56,792 nucleotides of DNA from a virus. Lineage: Duplodnaviria > Caudoviricetes. The notes under the pieces were generated by a model, which saw only the letters and a list, made by a program, of their open reading frames with translations, did no database searches and was not told where the DNA came from. The stretch spans positions 1-56,792 of the IMG/VR virus record IMGVR_UViG_3300030107_005298; one strand, given 5' to 3'. Below, in pieces: positions 30,671 through 39,828 of this stretch (positions are counted from its first letter, which is position 1; every line of letters begins with the position of its first letter). A program made the translations under genes and the position numbers.

Positions 30671-33600
30671 TGCCAGCAGACCCAACAGATTACGTAATAA
30701 GAGTATATACAACTAAAGCGTTAGCAGAAGCAGGTGCAGATAATCAAGCAATTGATGTTGATGCATTAAATACAGGAAAAATAGCAGGTTACCAAGATGA
30801 CCAATATTATAAACAATATGAAACATATTTTTATAGAATTGATTTTAATGAACCCGCCATAGGTGTGGTAATTGACTGGGATGATGGTGAAGATAACTCA
30901 CCTGAGAAAGCAAATAGACAAAGAGTTATATTTGAAACTCCAAGATTACATACTGTATTAGAGCATATTTACACAAAAGCAGGAAGATTTTTTCCTTTGA
31001 TAAAAGCAATAAGCCCATTTGGTTATGAATCAAAATGGTATACTACATCTAATGCTAACAACGATTATAGTGCATTAGAATCAACTAGTCTTTCTGCTGG
31101 GCAAAATAATGGCTCTGTAGTTAGCGTAGATTCTACAACAGGTAATTTAAGAATACCATACTTCGCTCCAACTATATTTCCACCAAAGGCAATATTAAAG
31201 ACAGATAGAAAAACAATAATGTCTGGTATAGAGGGAGATAGTTTCTACGGCGCTGCTGGAGGAGCTGATACGGTATTACCTAACGAGGTTTACGCGTGGC
31301 ACTCTGCAGAATCATTGACATATCCATCTTCCGCGCTAAATGATGACGTGGAAGTCAAAGTTAAATATATGTCTACAGATGGGTATATAATAGAAGAGAC
31401 CATAGACACTAAATTTAGTGGTTATACAAAAGCCTTATCGAACCCAGTAAAGAAAATACTTAAAGCTGAATTAGTAAAAATGGCAACCTCAGGTAGTACT
31501 ACTGCATTAGGACCAGGTGAAAGAGTATATCTTAGAGTTCCTAAGTATGGTGCAACTACTACTTTAATGGGGAATGCAGCTGGTGCCCACGGAACTAATC
31601 CTATAACAGAAACAATAGCCGGTTCTAGTGGACAATTAGATGGACACATAGGAAACCCAGGCTCATATTGTATTACATTAAGGCGTGGTCAATTAGCAGA
31701 AGCGCTTGATGATAGCGAAACAGATATTGATGTTGATGATGGTACATTATTTGTCGCTACTGATAGAATATTAATAGACGCTGAAGTTATGACAGTAACT
31801 AACGTATCTACTAATACTTTGACCGTAACAAGAGAAACTGAAAATACTACAGCGGCCACACACGCTGATGATTCTTCGGTGTTTATATTATCACGAGGTA
31901 GTTTTAGTACGGCTTTTCTAGGAGCACACTTATGGTCAAACAATGGAGTTGTTTCTGCCTTTGGAACCGCTCCAAAAGTAGTTACTACTGGATTTTCAAC
32001 TGCAAGTAGAAATAGATTTGCAACAGCATATGGTTATCAAAGTATGACTAATGCTACAGCTAGTAACGATGGAGGTAAATTTAAGTTTACGCTCGCATCT
32101 GGTACACATCCATTTAGAGCTGGTTCGGTAATTAGAATTTCAGTGAACGCTTCTGCTGTAGATGGTGCTGCAGTGGTAACAGCGGTAGCTGGCGCAACTG
32201 CATTTACTATTAATAAAGCTTGGGTGAATAATAATATAGATGGAGCTGACAACGTAGTCAGCGAATCTGCAGCTTTTGCGGCACTAGCAGATGGGTTTGG
32301 ATTAGAAAATACCGTAGGTGTAGCTACAGCAGCTTCTCCAAATAGATTAGCCACGTGGTTCGTGCCTGACTTTGACGAAGATACGTGCATTACGAACGTA
32401 AGTCAAGGATGGCCTATACAAGAATATCAGGATTCTGCTTTCAGAACACAATATGATGCAAGTGAGTCTCGCACACGTTCGCCAAACCTTACCATACCAG
32501 AAAGTAATAGTAATTTATTTTTAGATGCGTCTAAAGGGTTTTCACAATCTACTACCGATTTAGATAATGCTACAGATAGGATAACTGCAAATAGTGTTAA
32601 TAAATATATAGGTCAGTTAAGATATACACAGTGTCCTTTTAGTACGTACGCAAACCCGTGGAATAAAACACGCTCGTACTTAGATGGTAATTTAGCTGCT
32701 ACAGCGGACGGTCAAGATGGATTAGCAACTAATAGATTTTATGATGATTATAAATTACTTAGGTTACAAGTTAAAGATGACCGCACAGGTGCTACAGATG
32801 CAGGTACAGGAAGTGGACCATTTTCACAATTAGAAAACTTTACTGATTACTCTCAAGCTACGAACGCAACTAAGAATTTATTTGATGAATTAGATTATGT
32901 AAATTTATTACAATTTAGTAGTAATTCTGGTACATCGTGGGCATCGAAAGAAGGATTCAATGATGATACTAGTGATGATGCTAGTGGCACATATCCATTA
33001 TTCGGTAACTTCCCTGGCTTTACATTAGTGGCAGGAGCTCACAGTGGAGGAGCTAAAAACTTTATTTTAGTTACAAAAGAATTAGAAAAGTTTGATAGAA
33101 TATATTTTAGTATGGCTAATAGGTTTGGTCAAGGGCAAGACCAACATACGTCAGGAGATGATAGAGCTCAAGGTGGTAAAGTTAAATTAACAGTTTATTA
33201 TCCGGCAAGAGATAATGAGTTAGCTCAAATACACTGGAAACCACTAGAGTTTATAGATAAAACTACTGCTGGAATAGAGGATAGTTCTTTATATGTTTCA
33301 GGTCCAATAGTGTTTGATGCTCCTGGAGATTGGGAGAAAACTAAAACTAGTAGCATAACTTGGCCTGATTTTGTAGGAAGTAATGCTAATTGGACTGTTG
33401 ATTCATATGGTTTACTTATAGGCATTGCTTGGGAAGCTACAGTGAGCTCTACCTTTGAAACCAACTCACCTGCTATAAATTATTTGTATCCCTACGATAA
33501 TAGACACTCGCAATTGATAAAAGTTAACGACCCAATGCACGTAGATATATCTGACATAACAGTTACACAATCATTAAGTTTTACACGTAATGGTAAGTAC

Positions 33601-33984
33601 GTACAGATAGATGATAGGTTCGGTAGAAGTGAACTAAGAAAGATAGGAGCGTCTGGAGGACGTATACGAATAGGAGGTGTAGCATTCGGAGATTACAGTA
33701 CATCTACAACTGGTGGATATACTTCTTTAAAAAAAATGCAGAAGTTTCAAAAAGAAGGAACCCCTCTCTTTTATGATTTACAAAGACCTAACGGTACATA
33801 TATGAGATTCTTTGGTAAAGCTGTGTCTTTAGCTGAAGATGTTCCTACAAAACGTATGTCAAACAAATGGTCAATTGACTTTATAGTCACCCACGTTCTC
33901 GAATATGATTCGTCTGGAAATATAACTTCAGATGGTATGGTATCGCTCGGAGGTAATATAGATGACAAACCAAAATATCTATAG
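30670..33984 (+). CDS. Tail protein with N-terminal PKD-like domain
   Basis: IDWDDG...HIYTKAGRF PKD pattern; IDAEVMTVT..NTLTVTR......AATH structural motif. Confidence 0.6.
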   Translation: MPADPTDYVIRVYTTKALAEAGADNQAIDVDALNTGKIAGYQDDQYYKQYETYFYRIDFNEPAIGVVIDWDDGEDNSPEKANRQRVIFETPRLHTVLEHIYTKAGRFFPLIKAISPFGYESKWYTTSNANNDYSALESTSLSAGQNNGSVVSVDSTTGNLRIPYFAPTIFPPKAILKTDRKTIMSGIEGDSFYGAAGGADTVLPNEVYAWHSAESLTYPSSALNDDVEVKVKYMSTDGYIIEETIDTKFSGYTKALSNPVKKILKAELVKMATSGSTTALGPGERVYLRVPKYGATTTLMGNAAGAHGTNPITETIAGSSGQLDGHIGNPGSYCITLRRGQLAEALDDSETDIDVDDGTLFVATDRILIDAEVMTVTNVSTNTLTVTRETENTTAATHADDSSVFILSRGSFSTAFLGAHLWSNNGVVSAFGTAPKVVTTGFSTASRNRFATAYGYQSMTNATASNDGGKFKFTLASGTHPFRAGSVIRISVNASAVDGAAVVTAVAGATAFTINKAWVNNNIDGADNVVSESAAFAALADGFGLENTVGVATAASPNRLATWFVPDFDEDTCITNVSQGWPIQEYQDSAFRTQYDASESRTRSPNLTIPESNSNLFLDASKGFSQSTTDLDNATDRITANSVNKYIGQLRYTQCPFSTYANPWNKTRSYLDGNLAATADGQDGLATNRFYDDYKLLRLQVKDDRTGATDAGTGSGPFSQLENFTDYSQATNATKNLFDELDYVNLLQFSSNSGTSWASKEGFNDDTSDDASGTYPLFGNFPGFTLVAGAHSGGAKNFILVTKELEKFDRIYFSMANRFGQGQDQHTSGDDRAQGGKVKLTVYYPARDNELAQIHWKPLEFIDKTTAGIEDSSLYVSGPIVFDAPGDWEKTKTSSITWPDFVGSNANWTVDSYGLLIGIAWEATVSSTFETNSPAINYLYPYDNRHSQLIKVNDPMHVDISDITVTQSLSFTRNGKYVQIDDRFGRSELRKIGASGGRIRIGGVAFGDYSTSTTGGYTSLKKMQKFQKEGTPLFYDLQRPNGTYMRFFGKAVSLAEDVPTKRMSNKWSIDFIVTHVLEYDSSGNITSDGMVSLGGNIDDKPKYL

Positions 33985-34993
33985 TGTCCCTAAGATTGTT
34001 TTAAATGGTCATATACTAAATAATGTAATGAATATCAGTTACAACAACCCAGGTAATAATCAGCTATCGTCTGTTAATTTTACTATACAGGACCCCGATT
34101 ATATAAATTATAGGCTACTAAATAAAGAAGTAGAATTTTTTGTAAATGAAGGCGGTGGAGAATCGTCATCAATTTTTTTAGGTTTTATAAGAGACGTTAA
34201 ACCATCTGATACAGCAGTACAGGTAACTGCATACGATTGTCGCACATTTATATCTGGTAGAGAATCATTACCTATTGTTATGACAGATAAGAATAATTAT
34301 GATGGATACACCGCAGTTCAATTTTTAGCCGATGTAATCAAAGAAACAGGAGTTGATATTTCTTTAGATATGTTAAGTGAAACACAACCACCTATACCAA
34401 TGGCCGGTTTAAGAAGCGTAAATGAAACAGCATACTCAGTATTTACAAATCTTTTATCAAGAATATCCGACGATAGTGACCCCCGGGACCCCCTAAATTA
34501 TATTGTAGACGTTGTAGGTAAAAGTATAGTTGTTACCAAAAAAAGAGTAAAGGGTGGTACTGGGATTAGGTTTAGTAGAAACGATGGTATAATTAGTATG
34601 CAAGTAAATAGACGAGCACCAATCACAAAGGCAACTGTCTACGGTGATAATAACTCGTCAGGTACATTCGAGATAGGAAACTCTCCTACAGGTTCTATTG
34701 GGACATCTATAACAGATACTCGATTTAAAAATAATGCAGAATGTACAGAGGCGGCTATACGATTAGTTATGGCCGAAAGAAATGAAATAGATGAAATAGA
34801 GATACAAGTGTCTAAAGGATATGATTTAGGTTTAAACAACGTTGTTTACTTAGATGTTGATGATATGGACGTTCGTGGAGAACATAGAATATCATCTAAA
34901 AGAATACAAGTATCGGATGATGGCATATCATACGTACTTGGTTTAGATAAGCTTGGTCCAAGAACATCTGATTATATATTAAAAGGAGGATAG
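33962..34993 (+). CDS. Baseplate hub/tail tip protein (gpD/Tal-like)
   Basis: IFLGFI...VTAYD pattern; about 340 aa; end of the tail module. Confidence 0.6.
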   Translation: MTNQNIYSVPKIVLNGHILNNVMNISYNNPGNNQLSSVNFTIQDPDYINYRLLNKEVEFFVNEGGGESSSIFLGFIRDVKPSDTAVQVTAYDCRTFISGRESLPIVMTDKNNYDGYTAVQFLADVIKETGVDISLDMLSETQPPIPMAGLRSVNETAYSVFTNLLSRISDDSDPRDPLNYIVDVVGKSIVVTKKRVKGGTGIRFSRNDGIISMQVNRRAPITKATVYGDNNSSGTFEIGNSPTGSIGTSITDTRFKNNAECTEAAIRLVMAERNEIDEIEIQVSKGYDLGLNNVVYLDVDDMDVRGEHRISSKRIQVSDDGISYVLGLDKLGPRTSDYILKGG

Positions 34994-34996
34994 GAA

Positions 34997-35395
34997 ATGG
35001 CACACGGAATACCAAATGAGGAATGGACAGAAAAGATTAAAGATGTAGGCTTAAAAAGCTCTGCAAAGATACACAAAGGAGACCCCTTCAAAGGAGTTAT
35101 TATGAGCGGAAGTACATCTAAAGGGACTGACTCGGTTCGCCAACGTTCGTTTAGAAGCGATATGTTTGGATATACTCCCGATGAATGGGAGATATGTTTA
35201 GATATGGTGAATCTTAGAAAGAATGGTCACACATACGGACAGATAGCAAAGTATCTGAACGATAAAAGCATAACTACCAAGGTAGGTAGACAGTGGAATT
35301 ATTTCACTGCGCGGTTCGTGACGCTTCGGACAGTTCAAGCCCTAACATTGAAAGATAACGAGTCAAAGTATACCGAAGTTCTTGGTATAGAATAG
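34997..35395 (+). CDS. Recombinase-type DNA-binding domain protein (no catalytic domain)
   Basis: GHTYGQIAKYLNDKSITTKVGRQW matches the serine-recombinase DNA-binding domain pattern. Confidence 0.6.
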   Translation: MAHGIPNEEWTEKIKDVGLKSSAKIHKGDPFKGVIMSGSTSKGTDSVRQRSFRSDMFGYTPDEWEICLDMVNLRKNGHTYGQIAKYLNDKSITTKVGRQWNYFTARFVTLRTVQALTLKDNESKYTEVLGIE

Positions 35396-36449
35396 ACCAA
35401 CCAAGCTTTGCTGCACGTTCTTGTAGCATAGGCTCTAAGAATGTATCTGGAAGTGGGAATATGTATCTAATACTTTTTTCTTGCTTCCACCATTCTAAAC
35501 TATCTACCCAGTTACAGGTCCAATTGATGTGATACATTGTCAACTTGACATTGCTTAAATCCTTCCAACCTGAATACTGCCACAACCACTCAGCGATTTC
35601 TTTTGGTTGCATACGTTCCCATATGTGCATATAGGTAATTAGTGGCCATTTAAGACAGTGGTCAACGTGGTCGCAATCAACTACACGTTTAAAAATCGTA
35701 GGCATTCGTTGGTATATTTTATTATCAGCGGCAACCTTTTTGTTATCTGGGTCCAAGTCTGGGAGTTCTTCTAGAAGTACACCTATATTATTTGTAGACG
35801 TTGTATATTCATATATAACATATTCATCATTATATTGAACTTCTGGGAATGTATCAAACATTATAGGGGGAACATCTAAGTTCATTCTTTTCTTTACTGT
35901 CTTAAAATCATCTTCGTACTTGTACGGAACGGAGAACATATTTGAACCTAAGTGTTTACAAAATGAACGAACCATCCTTTTCTTTGTGTACATTGCACAA
36001 TCTATCCCAGGTGTTGCGTCGAATCTAATTCTTTTACGTACTTCTGGTGTTGTTATCTTGTACAAAGTGTATGCTAGGTCACGCATATTCTTGAGAGCCG
36101 TATGTTCTTCTACGTTCTCATCGAACTTTAGTTTAAATATAAGCTGTACGCCTTTGCTTCCAGATGCTTTTAGAATCGGGACTACGTGCAGATAGTTTTT
36201 TATAGTGTCGTGTAGACCACGCGCAGCTAGGAAAACGTTTCTGTCAAATTTCTTTGTGTCAATATCTAAAACAAATAGAAATGCATTCTCATCTTTGTAT
36301 TTTATAGAACGTAACCAGCTTCCTTCATCAGGTTTTGGTTTTATGTCATTACTAAAAAAGAATCCATTACCATCTTGTTTTGGTACTACGTATCTCATTT
36401 CATCTGCGCCTTCACAGAATGTGAGATTTATTTCACTAATACTAGTCAT
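35304..36449 (-). CDS. Archaeo-eukaryotic primase (PriS-like catalytic domain fused to PriL-like C-terminus)
   Basis: LDID motif I, SGSKGVQL motif II, R..R motif, helical C-terminal domain. Confidence 0.75.
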   Translation of the reverse strand: MTSISEINLTFCEGADEMRYVVPKQDGNGFFFSNDIKPKPDEGSWLRSIKYKDENAFLFVLDIDTKKFDRNVFLAARGLHDTIKNYLHVVPILKASGSKGVQLIFKLKFDENVEEHTALKNMRDLAYTLYKITTPEVRKRIRFDATPGIDCAMYTKKRMVRSFCKHLGSNMFSVPYKYEDDFKTVKKRMNLDVPPIMFDTFPEVQYNDEYVIYEYTTSTNNIGVLLEELPDLDPDNKKVAADNKIYQRMPTIFKRVVDCDHVDHCLKWPLITYMHIWERMQPKEIAEWLWQYSGWKDLSNVKLTMYHINWTCNWVDSLEWWKQEKSIRYIFPLPDTFLEPMLQERAAKLGWSILYQELRYTLTRYLSMLGLELSEASRTAQ

Positions 36450-36455
36450 CTTTAC

Positions 36456-36551
36456 CTACTTGTTACAATTACAGCACTTCCAACTTCCATCGTATCTTAC
36501 AAGGATGCAGCGCTTCCAGCAGTGGATGCATTCGGTTTGGTATTTTATCAT
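36456..36551 (-). CDS. 31-aa zinc-ribbon micro-protein (MIKYQTECIHCWKRC...WKCCNCNK)
   Basis: Two CxxC motifs; fills the RNR-primase gap. Confidence 0.55.
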   Translation of the reverse strand: MIKYQTECIHCWKRCILVRYDGSWKCCNCNK

Positions 36552-38423
36552 TTATATATCGCATTTGTCACCACTACAGGCTAATTCTTTGGCACCTTCT
36601 GTGTTATCTTCGGTTTCATACTTACTGAGTTGACTATAATCGATAGTCGTATTGTATCCGTAAGCCATATATTCTTCCTTTGTTATCTCTTTGTAGGGGG
36701 CTAGTTTATACTGCCCACCATCATAAGGAAGGAAAGATACACCATTAATAATATCCCAATTTTGGTATACCCAGTTACCGACTTCAAACCATTCATCATC
36801 TTTAACATATACAGTAAGAGAAGCATTGTGTTCACACCAGTGTTCTTGAATTCTTTTATACAGTTCTAGTTGCTCAATAGCTCCGATATCTCGCCTAGTG
36901 AGACTATCACTAGGAGAACTAACAGCATATTCGCAAACATACGTAGTAGCGAGTCCATCTTTTTGTCCAACTTCGGGATAGAACTTGACTCCCTGGTCTT
37001 TTAACATATAAAAGAGTGGGTCAGTAGCCGAAATTCTATACCGGCGTAGATAGTATTTGGAATAACGTGGATGCATACCCGATGCTGAGTTCACTAATTG
37101 ACTGACTGTACCACTTGGTTTGATGCAAGTTGTAGCCTTTGAGTGTTGTACACCCAGTGTCTCAGCAGCCTTGCGAGAAATACGCAATACGCGCATTTTA
37201 AGGGCCTTTAAAGCGTCCGAAGTCAGTGCCGGTAGGTTATCACATATCCCAGTCAAACTGACGCCTAAAAGCCGTTCTACGTCACAATTCTTTTTCCACT
37301 TGGGTCTTAGGTATGGAAAGTCAGTAAATGTAGATTGTATAACTCCCATCCACGCAGCTGTCTCTACCTTATCAAGTAATGTATCTAGGTTATCGTAATC
37401 TTTTACTACTATCTCTGAAAGATTACAGAACTCCTGGTCTCTCAGCATAATCTCACCACAGGGGTTAGTTCCCTCTATTAAGTTACCATTGCGTCTATTA
37501 GGTGAGGAGTTGCGTGCGCCTTCTAGATTAAATATACCGCGCTCTCCTGTACCCGAAGCTGCTAACGTAGCCCATTCTTTGAGAAACTCTACCGCTGTGG
37601 GTTTAGATTCATATACTGCTGAGTTGTTGGCCATTGCTCTCCTAAGAGGAAAAGGCCATATCTTAGCGTCTCTCATCTTATCATCATCTAAGTCTGATAA
37701 TGATATCTGAGAACTTCTGCGAACTCCTCCTGATACAACTATCTCTGCTATCTGATTACAGATATCGTGACAGTCTATCGCTCGAAGTTTTCGTCCTTGT
37801 GCTTTACCAAAGACTTCTCTTATAAATTGATGCAGTCTTATAAGTGGTGCTGGACCAGAGGAACGACCTCCCATTGTCGCAAGACGCGCACCTTCTGGTC
37901 TTAACTCCGAATAATCGAAGTGTATATGTTTACCCTCGTACAGAGAGTTCATAAGCACCTTTACCGAGTCGGCCCAACCTTCTTTGGAATCAGGAACCAC
38001 ATAATCTGGTAACTCTTCTCCTGAAAGTTCAGGCACGACTGGAAGTTTGTTGACGTGTTTTTCCGAAACACTAAACCCAAAGCCGGTACCACACATTAGT
38101 ATATGCAAGCACTCTGCAAATGATTCTATAGAATCTATATTTGCAAATGAGCAATTGTATATACACGTGTTGTCTTTTTCGGCAGGTGGTCCAGCAGCCC
38201 ATAACATACGCATACTTGGCATAACCTCAAATGAGGTAACATACTTTTTTATCTTACGTATTGTCTTTTTAGGTATATCAGGTTGATGTTTAGTTATAAA
38301 CCCAATATATCTATCGACCGTTTCAGGCCACGTTTCTCTACGTTTTTTATCATCTATCCATCTTGAGTATGTCCTTACGTAGACAAACTCTGAACACGCA
38401 TTCGGAAAATTTACGTCAACCAT
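36552..38423 (-). CDS. nrdJ: Class II (B12-dependent) ribonucleotide reductase
   Basis: YNCS, GGVRRS, TNPCGEI, CNLSE, KPSGTVS, C-terminal ACSGDKC; no beta subunit nearby. Confidence 0.92.
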   Translation of the reverse strand: MVDVNFPNACSEFVYVRTYSRWIDDKKRRETWPETVDRYIGFITKHQPDIPKKTIRKIKKYVTSFEVMPSMRMLWAAGPPAEKDNTCIYNCSFANIDSIESFAECLHILMCGTGFGFSVSEKHVNKLPVVPELSGEELPDYVVPDSKEGWADSVKVLMNSLYEGKHIHFDYSELRPEGARLATMGGRSSGPAPLIRLHQFIREVFGKAQGRKLRAIDCHDICNQIAEIVVSGGVRRSSQISLSDLDDDKMRDAKIWPFPLRRAMANNSAVYESKPTAVEFLKEWATLAASGTGERGIFNLEGARNSSPNRRNGNLIEGTNPCGEIMLRDQEFCNLSEIVVKDYDNLDTLLDKVETAAWMGVIQSTFTDFPYLRPKWKKNCDVERLLGVSLTGICDNLPALTSDALKALKMRVLRISRKAAETLGVQHSKATTCIKPSGTVSQLVNSASGMHPRYSKYYLRRYRISATDPLFYMLKDQGVKFYPEVGQKDGLATTYVCEYAVSSPSDSLTRRDIGAIEQLELYKRIQEHWCEHNASLTVYVKDDEWFEVGNWVYQNWDIINGVSFLPYDGGQYKLAPYKEITKEEYMAYGYNTTIDYSQLSKYETEDNTEGAKELACSGDKCDI

Positions 38424-38427
38424 TGTA

Positions 38428-38808
38428 TCAGCCCTCTATTGCAACCTTTTTCATATCAGGTTTGGCAACCTTTTCTACTGATACGTTTAATACTCCATTC
38501 TTAAATGTTGCTTTAGCTTTGTCTGCATCTAAAGAAAACTTAAATGTCCTATTAAACTTATAGTTTCTCACGCCGTTCTTGGCGGTTATTACTATATTAA
38601 ATTCATCAACCTCTAAGTTGATGTCTGCTAGCTCTACTCCTGGCAAATCCATTGTTATATTAACAGCATCGCCAGTCGAATCAACCTCGACATTTCTATT
38701 AGCCGCGTCTTTCCTAGGTTTATATTTAGGTACATTGTTGTACATAATATTGTTTAGGCCAAACATTGATTCAATTAAATCTTGTAAATAATCTTCGTCT
38801 CTTCTCAT
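38428..38808 (-). CDS. Small heat-shock protein (Hsp20/alpha-crystallin)
   Basis: DLPGV...I.L.V and ATFKNGVLNVSV motifs. Confidence 0.9.
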   Translation of the reverse strand: MRRDEDYLQDLIESMFGLNNIMYNNVPKYKPRKDAANRNVEVDSTGDAVNITMDLPGVELADINLEVDEFNIVITAKNGVRNYKFNRTFKFSLDADKAKATFKNGVLNVSVEKVAKPDMKKVAIEG

Positions 38809-38816
38809 ATTTTGTC

Positions 38817-39104
38817 CTAGCCGTAGCTTTGGTTTCTTCCTCCACTTGTATTCGTGGTCCTTTTTCTTTCTCTTTGTTTTTCCATCATAAACTCATCTAG
38901 CCTAGACCAGAACCTTAGTAATTCATCGTTGAAGTCTACTAAAGGCATTGCCTCTGACGTACTCAAACAAATTCTAAAGCCATCAAATGATATCTCAGCG
39001 AAATGCTTTTTGTCTGATGACACATCTCCCTGCATATTTGTATGACTTGCTAACATATCTGGTGTAACACCAGTAATTTCATTTTGTTCTTCCAATCCAA
39101 TCAT
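38817..39104 (-). CDS. Hypothetical protein
   Basis: ORF in operon. Confidence 0.55.
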   Translation of the reverse strand: MIGLEEQNEITGVTPDMLASHTNMQGDVSSDKKHFAEISFDGFRICLSTSEAMPLVDFNDELLRFWSRLDEFMMEKQRERKRTTNTSGGRNQSYG

Positions 39105-39387
39105 CTCCTATAAATTGTTTCATATTTTCTACCGTTGTTAGGTAGTAGTGGTCTGCCTTATCTCTTCTGTAAAGAAAAGATGTAACACCACCCTGTCTCT
39201 CGCTATACCTCACTATAAATCCTAGCTGTCTATTGTTCATAGTCATCTTCTTGCCACGTCTGTTTACGTAGAATACGTTATCCAAAACATCTTCTCGTGA
39301 AACTACATTTCGTTCCGCGACATAATCTTCTAGTCTTTTCCTCATCTCATCAAAGTCACCCTTTGAAAAATAACATCTGTTGTACAT
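39079..39387 (-). CDS. Hypothetical protein, possible winged helix
   Basis: GGAGG SD; coupled ORF. Confidence 0.55.
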   Translation of the reverse strand: MYNRCYFSKGDFDEMRKRLEDYVAERNVVSREDVLDNVFYVNRRGKKMTMNNRQLGFIVRYSERQGGVTSFLYRRDKADHYYLTTVENMKQFIGDDWIGRTK

Positions 39388-39812
39388 TATAATATTACCT
39401 CCGTGAATTCTTTTAGCGTTAATCCATCATCATAAGACAATACTAATTGGTTGATATTTGATATGGGTACGAATCTCCATTTTCTTTCTTTCTTAGTAGG
39501 TCCACGTGTAATCTTTCTGAACGCATACCAAGTTACAATTTTGTGTCGTTTCCATATATTATCATACTTTTCGAATTGTTTCTTAACTCTAGGATTATAT
39601 GCTAAATTAATATTCGATGTGGTGCTTGACGTCTTAACCTCAATCGGTACGAATTTCTTACCGAATTTGTGGACAATAAAAATGTCCCATCCCTGAGTGT
39701 TACCTGACGGTGAAACATAGCAATCGGGACGCATTGTCCCTACTATCTTTACAAGCTCGCCCTCATATCGTGTACGATTTTTGGGTGGAGCTCTTGTTTT
39801 TTTCTTTCTCAT
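39387..39812 (-). CDS. Hjc-like PD-(D/E)xK nuclease (Holliday junction resolvase)
   Basis: RYEGELV...SPSG....DI...IEVK. Confidence 0.65.
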   Translation of the reverse strand: MRKKKTRAPPKNRTRYEGELVKIVGTMRPDCYVSPSGNTQGWDIFIVHKFGKKFVPIEVKTSSTTSNINLAYNPRVKKQFEKYDNIWKRHKIVTWYAFRKITRGPTKKERKWRFVPISNINQLVLSYDDGLTLKEFTEVIL

Positions 39813-39828
39813 ATAGCACCTTCTATAT

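Noticed and set aside
34997-35395. Integrase / temperate lifestyle
   Set aside because: No catalytic serine or tyrosine recombinase domain; no att-like junction or host genes
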